Shown here one piece after another: positions 13,807-26,945 of a stretch of DNA of 64,000 nucleotides. The position numbers and the translations under genes were made by a program. Within the stretch, counting starts at the first letter, position 1, and every line of letters starts with the position of its first letter. Where the stretch lies: positions 184,378 through 248,377 of the forward strand of contig JAQGDQ010000352.1 of NCBI GenBank assembly GCA_030141605.1. The letters are read 5' to 3'. A model generated the notes under the pieces. It did no database searches. It worked only from the letters and a program-made list of their open reading frames with translations, and was not told the origin of the DNA. Source of the DNA: Tubiluchus corallicola. Its lineage: Eukaryota > Animalia > Priapulida.

Positions 13807-16800
13807 ATGATACCGATTGCGATAACCACCTTATTCGCCATCTTCGGCGGCGCTGCATTCGCCGCACCCTCAGCAAACTACACAGTGGGAAAAGAGGCGT
13901 ATTTGGAATTTTCCATCACCCCCAAGTACCCAACACAAGAGCACGTGAAAGGGCGAATTGTGGTGGCTCTTTTCACGGAGTCGTGCCCTATTACCACGTT
14001 TAATTTTGCGATGATTGCTAAAGGATTCAAGAAAGCCAACCCACCAGTAAGTAGACAATAATATATTGTGGCGGGTCGCGGGATTAAACCATTCCGAATT
14101 TCAAATCTAAACCACAGGCCTCATGAGAATGTAGTATCAAATGTGACCTTCCGTTAGCCAATCAGAATCTAGGATTTTTAGGCCAATTTTTTAAGCGTGC
14201 TCCCGTGGACTCGGGGGCACTGCGTTCTCGGCCATTATCAGATTCGGATTTTAATTTTTCCAATCAAGTTTTTAAATTAGTTGTGATTAAGTGAATTCTG
14301 ATTTAATCCCGTCAAGTTGGTTTGCATTTCATTTCAATGTGCAAGTGTTAACTGTAAATGCTTGTTAAGTGTTTAATTTTTTTCTGTTGATCGTGATTAT
14401 GAACCGAGTGCACCATAGACGACAGCACAATATCAGTAACATATGTTAGCAAGAAAATGTTTTTATTGTGAACTTTTTAATATAGATGAAGCTCGATTTA
14501 TTATTGCAAATCACAAGTTTATGCAGCGCGTTTTTATAAAAACAAAACACAAGTTGCAAAATATTAGGCAAAATTAAAATAAATATCATTAATTAGAATG
14601 TGATTGTAAACGCCAGTGCTTCTACAAATATAGTCTAGAATCCTGACAGTAGTAATAATAATATAGTAATACCATATTATATATAGTATATAATATAATA
14701 TATAGTATAGTAGTTAATATAGTAAATACCATAGTAATAATCTAATAAATGATATTGTTTATTGCCAGCTAATTTGAAAAAAAGGTGATACCTGAAAATA
14801 AATGTTTTTGTAAACAAACATCTCTCTCACATATACCCTGTTTTACATGTATAGTAGTGCCTCTTGCCGACTACTTATCTCATCCAAGTCCTTGTGCTTT
14901 ACGAATGCAACAATTGAAAAAATGCGATTTTTTTACTTCTTATTCATGTTTGACTGCCGTGAAACAATAAAAATTAATTAACCTGTCTCACGACTACTTA
15001 TTTACATCTGAACTTTTTACTTTTTGCCTCGCTGTGGTTATAGCAGACACAAATGCACGTTGAATGAAGATATAAAAGGCAATGCTTCTACAAATATAGT
15101 CCAGAATCCTGAAACAGGGCATACGATTACGTAATATTGGGTATACCCTGTTTCCTTCAATTTTGCATATTGGCAACATCTTCTAATGTGAGATCACGTA
15201 AGTGACGTAGCGTGCGTCTGATAAAGACATAGTCGTGGCATCTTGACAGCATGCAATTTTGGCATTACAAAAGGATAGCAAAACATCACACCAGGATAGT
15301 TTCGCTAGGTAGTAAGAAAGATGTCATATCCTTACAACAATTATTAACCTGGCTACTTACTAAATGAAAAAGTGTGGGAGGCCAGGACAGGCAATATGAG
15401 GAGGGATTCTCTGCCATTTCAGCTATTTTCCATAATCACGTCAGATCAGATTCATCTGAGCTGTACACAACCAATCAGTCGATACTACTGATGCATTTAA
15501 TGCCATTTTTGAAAACATTTAACACATGCAATATCAAATTAGGTTTACTTCTCTAATTACAAAAGTCACTGATCTAACATTCTGTAGTCAAGGGATCCTG
15601 GGTGCTGGGATTTATCCTTCTTGCTCTACAGATGCTGACTAAACGCCTCCTGAAGTCTGAGCTGGCGATGCTGTAAGCGTAAAAATTTAATGCATAATTG
15701 CTAATCTCCAAGCAGTTTGTAATGGAGACGAATACTCTAAACCCAAACTCGGTGTTATTGGATTCATTGTACATGATAGACCGAACTGCAGCTGGAAACA
15801 TACAAACGACGAAGACGAAAGAAATCGCAGAGAGTAGAGCTAAAATTCTCCTGTCGTCTCGAGACTTTTCTTTTTCCTCTCTCGTCAACGGCGTCACCAT
15901 CTGTTGGCGTCTTTTGTAGTTGTCGCGGTATTTTCTAATTATCATCGGATTTAAAATTATTACGACTACCATAGGCATGAACCTGGCCAAAATGTTGGAA
16001 AATGTTACCCAAATATACCTGTACCAAACTTCATCGAAAACATCAGAGTAAGTTACGCAGTAGACGGGTTTGCCTGATTCGTCAACAACTTTATTTTGCT
16101 CCTTGTTAAATACGTATGGTAACTGTACAATTAAACACATCACTGTGATGGCAATCACAAACTTTCGAGTCACTTGATGTGTACGCCACGTCATCACGAC
16201 AGCTGAAGAGTACCACACGCAAACAAATCTTTCCACCGTCAATGCTAAGATGAAGATGTTGCTGATGGCCACAGTGCTGTTGATGAGATACAAATCAAGA
16301 TTTGCGGCATAAAATGAGCCAGCTGGTCGCTGAGTCATCGTCGAACTGGGCACTTTGATGGCACAGAATGGAAAACTAAGAACCATAGTTAAGAAATCTG
16401 TTACGGCTAAAGCACGGAAGTACACAAAAGCGGCAGCACCAAACAACGGGTGGTTGTTCCACAGGACGACTAAATTAATTGTGTTCCCAATGATACCAAT
16501 GGAACAGATGATTGGCAGCACAACCGCGTATGTCAAAAAATCAATAGTTTCGCACTGTTCACACTGTTCACGCTGCGTTTCACATTGGTTGAAGAAATTT
16601 TCGGACATACTGATTTCGAGCTGATACGCCTACTGTACAATTATGACGCTTGTGCTCCCGCCTCGTGTAATTGTTCACAATTTGAAGTTATTTGAAGCAG
16701 TACCAATGCTGAAATTTAAAGTCAGTCAACCAAATAAAACCTACATCTTTTTCTTAATGAACTCCGAAAATTAAGTACGTGCACATTAAAATTTTTGAAG

Positions 16801-18196
16801 TCATTATTTTGACCACAAGCAGCAATAACTGTCACATACGGTGACTTCGCGATCTTGGTTATCACACTTTGTTATCTGATTTGCACTATGCTTGCCTGTG
16901 GGCTTCATTAGATTTCTTGGACACAAATAAAACTAGGACGAAGAGGTTAACAAACAACGCGCGAGTGTTAATTTCGAACAGGAAAATGTGTTTATATAGG
17001 TTATAACTGTATACCTGGTACATGATATTGGGTTACATAAGGTTGACATCTGCTAAAGCAAGGGGCTGTAGAATCACACGCTCGACTATATGCAACGGCG
17101 TGACACTCGGTAAAATTTTCAACCTGCACAGTATGATTGTAGCGCCCTTGTTGTGAGCTCACTAACTAGCACAGAAACAGATACAAACATACATTACTGT
17201 ATATAGTGTATATATTGTATATAATGCGAGTACTGCATATACTGCCTTTACTGTATATACTATATATATATATATATATATACCGTACATGCATTTTTAC
17301 AGTTTAAACAGCTTCCCTTCTCGATAATTCATTTCTAGGAAAAAGGAGCTCTTGCGTTTTCAATCACGAAATCCACCTCCTCAAGAAAAAACCCGTCATT
17401 TGGTCATCAAGGAAGAGCTGACAAAAAAATCGAGCGCATCAAGTTAAGAATTTCTGGAGGCGTTAAACATGGCTGCCATACTTTCATGTCACCATTTACC
17501 ATTTGAAACGATCAAGATAAATTTCTGTGTCAAAGCTATATGTCGATTAAGATTAATATTCTATAATTATATTGATTTTATTATTCATTTTAGCTGACCA
17601 GATTTCTGTTTCGGCCATTTTTAACAAAGTGGCGGAACCGATGTCGCAAATAAGGCAGAGTGAGAGACGGTTTTTTAATTATTTTTAGTTAGGACATTGT
17701 AAACTCAACTGCCGCGCACATGTGAAAAATCTCCCTTTCAAAAATATTAAGACATTATGTAGACTGCTTACAAATTATGAAGAATTTTTGAGATTTGCCT
17801 TTCAAATTTGCGCTTCTGCAATTATGAAGATTTGTTCAGCTGCTTAAACATAACTTAAAGAATTCAAAATGTTTTTACAGCATCAGAAACTACAATACAG
17901 GAACACATACGTGCACAGAATTGTACCTGATCTGATTGTTCAAATGGGAGATGTGACTGTTGGTGACGGCAGTGGAGGTTAGTACTACAATATAATGTAA
18001 ATTTCACGCGCGCGGGTTCGAATCCGACTAATATAGTTTTTGTTCTTTCATTTTGTAACTGCTTTATCTAGTCACTTTTCGCGTGTTCTTTCTGTTTTAA
18101 ATTGCTTCTACCTAGTAGTTTACGCTGACGCTGTGAATTTACATACAAATTAATGTAAATTAAAATTAAGGTACTGTTCTATGATGATGATGATGG

Positions 18197-18229
<33 letters not shown>

Positions 18230-18245
18230 CGATGACAATGGTAAA

Positions 18246-18325
<80 letters not shown>

Positions 18326-21147
18326 CAACGACAACGACAACGACAACGATAACGATAGTGATAGTAATAATAATCAACTTTATTTATACGCTTGATAGCC
18401 ATACCGGACGTAGTGAGAGTATTTTAATTTTTAGTAATGTGTAAAGACAAATACAGACGTGTGCGTACAACATGGCACTTTTTAACCTTTTTCAACAATT
18501 CGTGACCCAAATCATTTGCTTTTTTAAGAAACAGTCCGAAACAAGCTTTTTTCTGAAACTTGCGAAGCGCTATTCTACATTCCAAATATGGTACTAACTC
18601 ACAGGTTTAGGAATTTTGAAACCAAATTTTGGATACGAAATGTGAAAAGTTACAACGCAGCCTGGATTTGAACCAGAGCCTTCTGCTTACAAAGCAGGCG
18701 CCATAACCGTATTGCGACAATCCAAAGTTCATCATTTATAGCTAGTCAGCTTTTTCTGCGTTTTAAATGTTAGTTCACGCTGGCGTGTTACTGTTTTTTT
18801 CTAAACATATTTATTTGAAATAACTGCTTTTCCCAAACAGCAAACAAATGTTGATCAGGTTGCTACAAAATTTACAGGATACGATTTGACAGGAATAATA
18901 AGTCTATCACAATATACACATAACTATTCCAGTTGTTAATTTAAATAACTAAAACGTTTAGATGAACCAATATATTGCTGTACCAAGCCAAATACGATGA
19001 TGTTCTGCTCATAATATTAGTAAAGGACTACGTTAATGATCCTAATTAACTGAGAAGTTAGTGATTCTAATTAATTAGGATAATTTCAATTTTGATTTTC
19101 GTGAGTATGTCCGATCTGATATTAAAAATACTAAACTGGTTTGTATAAGAGATGGACTTTGGAGCAGCATGATCGCTAGGGATCGGTGGTCTAGCGTCAT
19201 TCTTGTAAGCGGAAGGTCCCTTGTTCAATTCCAAGCCATGTTACAATGTTTTCACTTTTCCAATTTTGAAAATTTCGCTTCAAAATTCAAACAAATGTCG
19301 GTTCGTACAGTCGTTAGTAATAATAATTTTGATATTAAGATTACAGAAACTAACTGTTCTGCAAAGAATGAGTATTTTAGGTCGAAGCATCTACGCCCCT
19401 CTCTTCGATGATGAAAATTTTATTCTGAGTCATCGTAGCGCGGGCTGGGTGTCAATGGCTAACAATGGTCCTGATAGCAACCAGAGTCAGTTCTTTTTCA
19501 CATTGGGCAAGGCTAGATGGCTGGATAACAAGAACGTAGTCTTTGGACGTATTGTACAAGGAATGGTAAGGAAAGTTGAAAATTCGCTTTTAAGTATGTT
19601 GCAGCATCATCGCAGTTTCTTATTTTCGGTCACAGATGGTGCCACGTATCATGGCTTCATTTTGTATATAACACGTTCAAGTACACTATTTGGCATTTTC
19701 TGAATATACATACATACATACATACATACGTACATACATACATACATACATACATACATACATACATACATACATACATACATACATACATACTACATAC
19801 ATACTACATACATACATACATACATACATACATACATACATACATACATACATACATACATACATACATACATACATACATACATACATACATACACACA
19901 TACACACATACACACATACACACATACACACATACACACATACACACATACACACATACACACATACACACATACACACATACACACATACACACATACA
20001 CACATACATACATACATACATACATACATACATACATACATACATACATACATACATACATACATACATACATACATACAAAAGTGATGTCTCTTCACCT
20101 GACACACCAAGTAGCTGAATTTTCACAGCGTGTGCTTGACACTAAAGTTAAGCAACGCGAAGAAATGTGTGATTACTTAGAAAACGGTTCTGCAATTTCA
20201 CACGTCATTTTGCTCGTGCCCTTAAAAAGGCAAGCGCCCGAGCTAGTTTTGACAACATCTTATTTGAAAGTTTTGAAAAGGTATAGTCCTGTGAGGATGG
20301 CTAAAGCTTTCAAATAAGATGTTATCAAAACTGGCTCTGGCATTTGCCTTTTTGTTTAGCATCAAATTAGAATTACTGTTCTTTGTGGAGCTTGGTACTC
20401 TTCCTAGCGCTCGGCATTTTGTTTCTATTCCTGTTTCTGTTTGCATTTTGTTTATTATCAAGTTAAGAACCTCAAAAAGACATTCCATTGGAAGTAACAG
20501 CAATTTTTCTCCTGCCACTTACCTTTGCCCCACTTTTTTTTCTGAACTTCACGTACGTTTAAACTTTTAGTTCATTTCAGTGTTGAAATAAACTTTATAT
20601 TAATTAACCTAGTAGCTGTACATAGGAAGCACAGATCTGCTGACTGCTGATCACGTTTGAGGTAATACTTTAAACGACGTTTAGGCTGTAACATTTAATC
20701 ACCTTGTTGATTCATTAACATAATACTATAGGATATGCTGAAAAAATTGGGAAACATTGCACCTGACCCATACAACGGAGTTCCGCTGCAGCTAATCAAA
20801 GTTACAGATGCTGGCCTCTATAAGCTTGATAAACCATACGTGATGGATGTGAGTAGACGGTGTTTTAGTTTTTTCCTACATCTTGAATGTTGCTTCTTTT
20901 AACTTCCGCACTTCTGTCGTTTCTCTTTCTGATTTGTTCAGTCATTTAGTAACATGAGATTTTCCTTGTTCTTCTTCTTTTTCGTTTTTCATTGTTTACT
21001 TATTGTTATTATTATATTGCTTTTTCCTTTAACATTGCTTTAATGTCACCATCTTGGTACCATTGTTGTTAACTTGTTATTGACATTGTCGTCATCGCTT
21101 TTTTTCATTTTTCGGCTTCTCTTCACCTTCCACCCATGTTATTGTTG

Positions 21148-21179
<32 letters not shown>

Positions 21180-22174
21180 GGTGGTGATGATGTTTGTTGC
21201 GTTGGTGCTGTTGTAGGTGTTGTTGTTGTTCGTGGTGGTGGTGTTGATAGTGTTGTTGTTGGTATTGTTGTTGTTGTTGGTGGTGGTGGTGTTGTTGTTG
21301 TTGTTGTTGGTAGTGTTATTGCTGTTGTTGTCTTCGTCGTCATCGTTGTTGTTGTTGGTGGTGGTGGTGATGATGTTTGTTGCGTTGGTGCTGTTGTCGG
21401 TGTTGTTCGTGGTGGTGGTGTTGATAGTGTTGTTGTTGGTATTGTTGTTGTTGTTGGTGGTGGTGGTGGTGGTGGTGGTGGTGTTGTTGTTGGTAGTGTT
21501 ATTGCTGTTGTTGTCTTCGTCGTCATCGTTGTTGTTGTTTTCATTGATCTTAGTCTCGGTGCAGGTATCAGTATCGTTGCAATTGCAATTGCCGTTGCCA
21601 TTGTCATTGTTGTCATCTTCGTTGTTGTTTTCGTCGTCGCTGTTGTTGCTGTTTTATGTATTGGTGCGGGTACAAGAATCAATGTCATCGTCACTGTCGT
21701 CGACATCTTCGTTATTATTGTCGATGTTTAACTTTTCGGCACTGTGTTACTAATATTAATTTTGTATTGAAATTCTTGAAAGAATTTAACCTGTTAGAAT
21801 CAAAAGTCAGATAATAGAAAGAGAAACGCTTTGAAATTTCGGTCCAAACCAGGACTCGAACGCAGAATCCTATGGTCTCTACATGCCCAAGGCAAGTATG
21901 AATTTTCAGACTAGACGGCTAGAAATCAGTAGGCCGTCCTGAGAAATGCCAAATAATGTTATAACAATAAACATGATTTTTTTTCTAGGAAAAATTCCTG
22001 GACTACGAAACAGACATTGGAGCAAAAGGAAAGTACGAGAAAACAGAAGAAGAATTGAAACAGGAAAGGAAAGAAAAGGCACAACTAGAAAGAGCTGAAA
22101 AAATTCAGAAGGCACTGGAAAAACAAGAAAAGGAGAAAGAACGACAGGCGAAACAATCAAAAATTAAAAAATAA
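13807..22174 (+). CDS. Secretory-pathway cyclophilin-type peptidyl-prolyl isomerase (cyclophilin B/C-like), 274 aa, 5 coding exons
   Basis: Exons 13807-14046, 17881-17977, 19381-19565, 20732-20848 and 21989-22174, all GT-AG with compatible phases (0,1,0,0). The translation has a signal-peptide-like N-terminus, GRIVVALF...[41 protein letters not shown]...[18 protein letters not shown] and [17 protein letters not shown]. The last exon is less certain than the first four. Confidence 0.88.
15574..16608 (-). CDS. Intronless class A (rhodopsin-like) GPCR, FMRFamide/peptide-receptor-like, 344 aa, nested in a cyclophilin intron
   Basis: Seven hydrophobic segments with TM1 GIIGN, TM2 LAVTD, TM3 LTVERF, TM5 FMP, TM6 FVVCMFP and TM7 NFYAY followed by SSDFR helix 8. 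There is an ECL2 cysteine. Confidence 0.92.
   Translation of the reverse strand: MSENFFNQCETQREQCEQCETIDFLTYAVVLPIICSIGIIGNTINLVVLWNNHPLFGAAAFVYFRALAVTDFLTMVLSFPFCAIKVPSSTMTQRPAGSFYAANLDLYLINSTVAISNIFILALTVERFVCVWYSSAVVMTWRTHQVTRKFVIAITVMCLIVQLPYVFNKEQNKVVDESGKPVYCVTYSDVFDEVWYRYIWVTFSNILARFMPMVVVIILNPMIIRKYRDNYKRRQQMVTPLTREEKEKSRDDRRILALLSAISFVFVVCMFPAAVRSIMYNESNNTEFGFRVFVSITNCLEISNYALNFYAYSIASSDFRRRLVSICRARRINPSTQDPLTTEC
18181..18375. repeat. Compound microsatellite (GAT)n/(ACAACG)n/(AAAACG)n
   Basis: Direct reading. It explains the low-complexity ORFs at 18150-18444. Confidence 0.95.
18640..18723 (-). mobile_element. tRNA(Thr-TGT)-derived SINE head or tRNA pseudogene
   Basis: The minus strand reads ...CGGTTATGGCG CCTGC TT-TGT-AA GCAGA AGG CTCTGG TTCAAAT CCAGG. 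The anticodon arm and B-box are recognisable, but there is no acceptor stem. Confidence 0.5.
19165..19262 (+). mobile_element. tRNA-derived SINE head, related to 18640-18723
   Basis: CGGTGGTCTAGCG...CTTGTAAGCGGAAGGTCCCTTGTTCAATTCCAAG followed by a similar TTTTCAC.TTTC tail. Confidence 0.45.
19707..20079. repeat. (CATA)n microsatellite with an internal (CACACATA)n block
   Basis: Direct reading. Confidence 0.97.
21138..21720. repeat. (GTT/GGT/GTC)n low-complexity tract containing an internal ~180-bp tandem duplication
   Basis: The unit 'gatgatgtttgttgcgttggtgctgttgt...gtagtgttattgctgttgttgtcttcgtcgtcatcg' occurs twice (~21186 and ~21369). Confidence 0.9.
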
Positions 22175-22399
22175 TGTAATCCATTAATAGCTTCGTTGGT
22201 TGTATTTTTGTAGTAAATCACATTAACTAGACGTTATGGAGTTAAATAGCATCGTCTGTCGTTGGGTATTTCATTAAAAACCTGCAAGTCCTGAATTGAT
22301 AACTTAGTTGAAATAAAGATTGCGCGAATAAAAAATGTGACATTTTACTGTAGAATGACGTTTAGGTTTTCCTTTTCTGAAGAGTTTATTTTATTTATA

Positions 22400-22810
22400 C
22401 ATTTATTTATTTATTTTATTCACATCCAATACCAATAGTAAAATATAATAAAAACATTACATATAAACCGTGTCCGCAAAAGCATACAAATACAATATTT
22501 GCAAGAGTGTGGTAAAGACACATTACAATGATGAACTATTTACACACGTGTATTATGTACAAGAAAATTATGCAAGTTAGCTTTATTTAAGCGGCTTCTA
22601 AACAATTTAATATTTTGTGCAGTTAAGGGTGCATCGTCAACATATGCAGGCAAAGAGTCCAAATCAGTACAACTCGATTTGAGAAAAAGTGAACAAATGA
22701 TACTTTAGCAATTTGAAGCACGAAAAGCTTCAGACTGCTTTTGCAAAGTAAGTTTGCAGTCAAGACACAGGGCACATCGTACAGCAAATTAAATTCGAAA
22801 GTATAAATTT
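22400..22810 (-). mobile_element. 3' remnant of a CR1-like LINE
   Basis: The minus strand encodes 'HFFSNRVVLIW', the typical ORF2 C-terminal motif, and ends in an (AATA)-rich tail. Confidence 0.55.
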
Positions 22811-24353
22811 AAAATGCACAATGGCGATACACTATTTTTAGAAATTTGTTTTTTTTTGTCTTTTTCAGTTTCAGTCTTTTTCTGTTGTAGATCTCTTCTA
22901 CGTTGTCTCGCCTGTCTTCGTCACTTTCTATTTATTGGTTTCCCTTTTTTCATTCTCGATTACTCTTCCTTGCCGCTCCGTCTACCTCAGTTCGTCTACT
23001 GTTTTTCTGTTGTTTTTAGCATCATCTTCTTCCTTCTTTTTACTTATCTCCTGATGGATATTGCTTTGTTATCTAGTTTATTTGATATTGGTTTAAGTGC
23101 CGTCTAGAAATTCACAAAATCGAAAGTAAACTGTTTAGGGGAAACAATAAAACTTGTGTGACAGCGTATCTAAGAAAATGTTAAATTGTTGTTAGGATGT
23201 TTTGCTAAGCAGTCCCGCTGTCACGAGTTATACCTTGATTGACCAAAATATAGTAAAAATTAGCACACGAGTCCGTGTAAGACAGTGTGAACAATGCTCT
23301 AGGTTTTTGCCTTAATTCTCTGGGAGTACAATTACCCAAACAACAGGATTCTTAATAATAATAATAAAGAGGACATTGAATTATTTTCGATTCTCACAGA
23401 AAAAGTAACTGTACCAGCGTATAAAGTTCTTGTGTAAACAAACACGTAGAAAAGCAATAATGGTTAACGTGACAATATAGAAATGGTTCACATAGTCAAT
23501 TCGAATGTTTCAAAAATCAACTGGATAAATCTAACGTATAAAATTTAACATTTTTCTCAACTTTACGATGGCTGGGCCCAGCATAACTGTCCAGGGAGAT
23601 GGATACCGTCAGCAATGCTCCTACCACGTATTCGCCCACATGTCGTACCACGTATCCAATATGGCTTCCAGGACACGTCTGCCAAAACCATCAGCTCCTA
23701 TGTCTCCAACAAATGATAATTGACTCCTCTAGACGGTACTGCACTGGATAATGACATTAAGCAACCAAACTGGAACTCAGTCTCCAATAAGAGAAAGAGT
23801 TTAATGACAAGCATTCAGTACGGGAAACAACAGAGATGTTCTATACTGTATGGCCTCCACTGGCATTACCATCAAGAAACACAATCGGAGATTTCGTGAA
23901 TAACCAAGTTTCTTTCCAAAGCCTCTCTAACCAATAACCAAATAGCCAATTATGTTGTGGCTTTCACCTTCGAGGCATAAACACATGTTCAAAACGGGCA
24001 ACAGGCTATCAACAAAATTTGCTCTTTTTACCTTGAGCTACAAAACCAGATTGATCACAAAACTAGGCCAATACCTGGCCAGGCAGGTAAATTTGGCCAT
24101 GTGACCCAGGCTCTGGTCACTCAAACCTGTAAAGTGCTTCCATCTAATGTTACAAAAAAAATCAATGGCAACAAAAATCACAAGTCTAATAAAAAATATT
24201 AACAATAATGGCAATCAATGTTATACCAAAGCAATAAACTTTGGATTGTCATAAAAAAACATTAATAGAAAATAAGTCAATCAATCGTTATTAGCGCATC
24301 ACCATGGACGGCTTAGGTCGTCACAACTTGTAACAGATCACAATACTCAATTT

Positions 24354-24861
24354 CAGGGCCTATTTCAGCTTAAGCGAGGCCCGGGGAAGTGGGGCGTGTG
24401 AGGCCCCCTCAGGGGGGGGGGGGGCGAAGCGCCGGGTGGCGGGCGCCACCATGGTTGGCGCCCAAAAATTTTTTGAACTGCTAGAACGCCGGAGCAGCAT
24501 TTTCGAAGAGAAAATATGGAGTTATACAGTTGTTAAAGGAAAGAACAATTGAAAGAAAAACTGCTTTATTCTCAAGACCAGTCCTTAATACTTGTCAAAT
24601 AGTCAAATTAAAAACAACATCTTTGCAATATGTAATGCCGTACTCTCACTTCCGTACAAGCCTGTGTTAGAAATTCCGAAATTGAAAACAGCTGAACATC
24701 GGCACCGAGCCGCACAAGGCAAACGGCGCGCGCGCGGCAAGAGAGAGGAGGCAGTATGTTCGCAAAAAACAAAAAAAATGTTACCTCGGCGCGAGGCCCC
24801 CCTGGAGGCTGAGACCCCGGGGAAGTATCCCCACTTACCCCCCCCCCTGAAATAGGGCCTG
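24354..24861. mobile_element. hAT-type MITE
   Basis: 15-bp TIR CAGGGCCTATTTCAG / CTGAAATAGGGCCTG (1 mismatch). 8-bp target duplication CTCAATTT / CTTAATTT. GC-rich subterminal repeats. Confidence 0.8.
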
Positions 24862-26375
24862 CTTAATTTAACGTAAGTTTTTACTTTTAAAAACCTGCTG
24901 GTCCTTTGACTTCGTATAGTTCACTCATTCAATTCGTCTGTCAAAATGTTCCTACAGTCAGAAAGCCACAAAGGGATTTATTATGTATTTCTTATATAAT
25001 TCACATTGTCGCCAGCAACAGACTTCTGCTAAAACAGAATTGTAACACCAGACCTGTTTATCCTTGAAAACTGAGCTGATACGTTTCAGCTGCTCCTAAA
25101 ATTCAAGGTCACAGAGAAGTAAAAGTCACGTAGTTTACATTCTTTACAACATACGTGTGTGTCAAAAACAAGTAAAAAGTAAAGTATAAGCAAATGATCT
25201 TATGTTACATAAGCACTAGTATTATCAGGATGTTAAAAGTCAAATCAGAGTACTGTTATCAGAGTACTGTATTTTATGAAGTTTCAGTTTTACAAAAAAA
25301 AGAAAAGAAAATACTCTAACTAAAATTTTCAGATTAACTTTTTCTTGCTGGTTTATATAAAACGAAATGTGAAGGTGTCATTTCCCAAGAAAGTCTGGAA
25401 CTCAATTTTGGATGTTTTACTCGTTAGATGACGCCACCATATATAATATGAAACGACGTTGTATCCTGGGAAACCGTTTCTACGCACAGTTGTTTAGTCA
25501 GCGATTTTCCGAAATTTGTGTCAAGTTTTAAGCTACGATTAATTTTTTAATTAAGGAAAAAATTTTACGTTAAATTTGACTTTTAATATTTAAGAAAGCT
25601 GAGCGGTCACTTGAGAAGAAGTTCGAAGAGCCTATAAGTGATTACCTTAGTGGACATATCGAAATACTTATAACAAGGTTTAGCAGGACGATTATCCTAA
25701 TCACATTAACAGTTACTTTCCAATGTCGCGAGGTCAAATATCGAAGTCAATATGCTGTAACAATTGTCCCAAGAGATATGAGGTGGATGCGCAATAGAGC
25801 TTAGTCTATTGTTAAATGTGAGGTTTTATTCTGCAAATTGCTAGATTTAGTAGTTCGGAATACTGGAAACTAAATACTCGAAAACTGGTGCAAATTAGCA
25901 TAGGCCTATATGCACTTTAAAATTGATACCATGATTACAAACAGCGTATACATAAAAAAAATTTATGGCAAATATCCAAAATGATACTTGTATTACAGCA
26001 AATAATAAATACATCACAATAAAAAATCGCAGCAATACTAATAACTCATTAAATGTCTTCTGCAACTTAATCACAATTGAATGAAGTGTGCCTAATTGTA
26101 GGCCCATTCAGTTTCCCAGCTAATCCTAGAGCTGTTGATAACTACCTACTACAGACGTACCTACTGAGCTGCAGTACTATTCTAAATTGCCTTTCAGTTT
26201 ACTGGTTAATTAAAATTATTATTATTATTATTATATACAATCTATCCTCCATCGCACTGCATTTGTTATGTATTAGAACGTCATTTGTTATCACTAAAAA
26301 CTTGGACCTCTTCAACAAAATTAGGCTTAAGCAGATATTAATGGTTCACCGAAGTGTTGCCTAACTTTCTCTTAA

Positions 26376-26945
26376 AGGAAAACTGGACCCCATTTTAAAC
26401 TGTGTCTCAAAACGATCTACCCTATAAAATATTGAAAGAAGACACTATTTTTTTTTAAAAATGACTTATACGTATTAACAGAGATACGTAATTCGCGTTC
26501 ACGCGTTTAGTTCTTCGCTGTTACATGCATTTTACCATTCGCTAGTTAGACGAGCACCAGCGCCCGCATCTCGGAAACGCATTGCACAAAAACAGGTGCA
26601 GTACATCTCCATTCAGAGGTGTTCAGTTGTGACGTAATGCACACGTTTTGGAGCTCATGCTTGTAAACTTGAAATTTTCCGAGTTTTGTATATAACACTA
26701 AATGCTGTACAATAGTACTGTACTTCAATTTTCAATAGAATGCAACACGCTCCTGGAATGTTTGTGCTGTTGAAAATTATGTTTATTTGTAACGTCATCA
26801 CCAATTGGGCTTGCCCGCCTATAATTAAGTTTTTGATCTATTATTCAATTATCAGAAACACTTTAATATTATTATACGTATTACAACGCATACTTTTATC
26901 GTAGTTCAAGATGATATAAAATATGAAAAATCATCCTGTTTTCCA
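26376..26945 (-). mobile_element. Kolobok-like MITE, copy 4
   Basis: TTAA|AGGAAAACTGGACCC...CCTGTTTTCCA|TTAA, with internal homology to the other copies. Confidence 0.78.

Noticed and set aside
18150-18444. Poly-His/Arg-Cys/Thr-Lys ORFs
   Set aside because: These are translations of a compound microsatellite in a cyclophilin intron.
18640-19262. Functional tRNA-Thr genes
   Set aside because: The anticodon and T arms are recognisable, but acceptor stems do not pair and the shared 3' tails suggest SINEs.
19686-20126. (MYVC)n and (HTYI)n ORFs
   Set aside because: These come from the (CATA)n microsatellite.
21092-21753. Mucin-like Thr/Pro ORF (204 aa) and a poly-Leu/Val ORF
   Set aside because: Trinucleotide low-complexity tract inside cyclophilin intron 4, with no signal peptide or convincing splice context.
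23530-24130. GC-richer, coding-like patch
   Set aside because: No open frame or recognisable motif. Probably a decayed TE.
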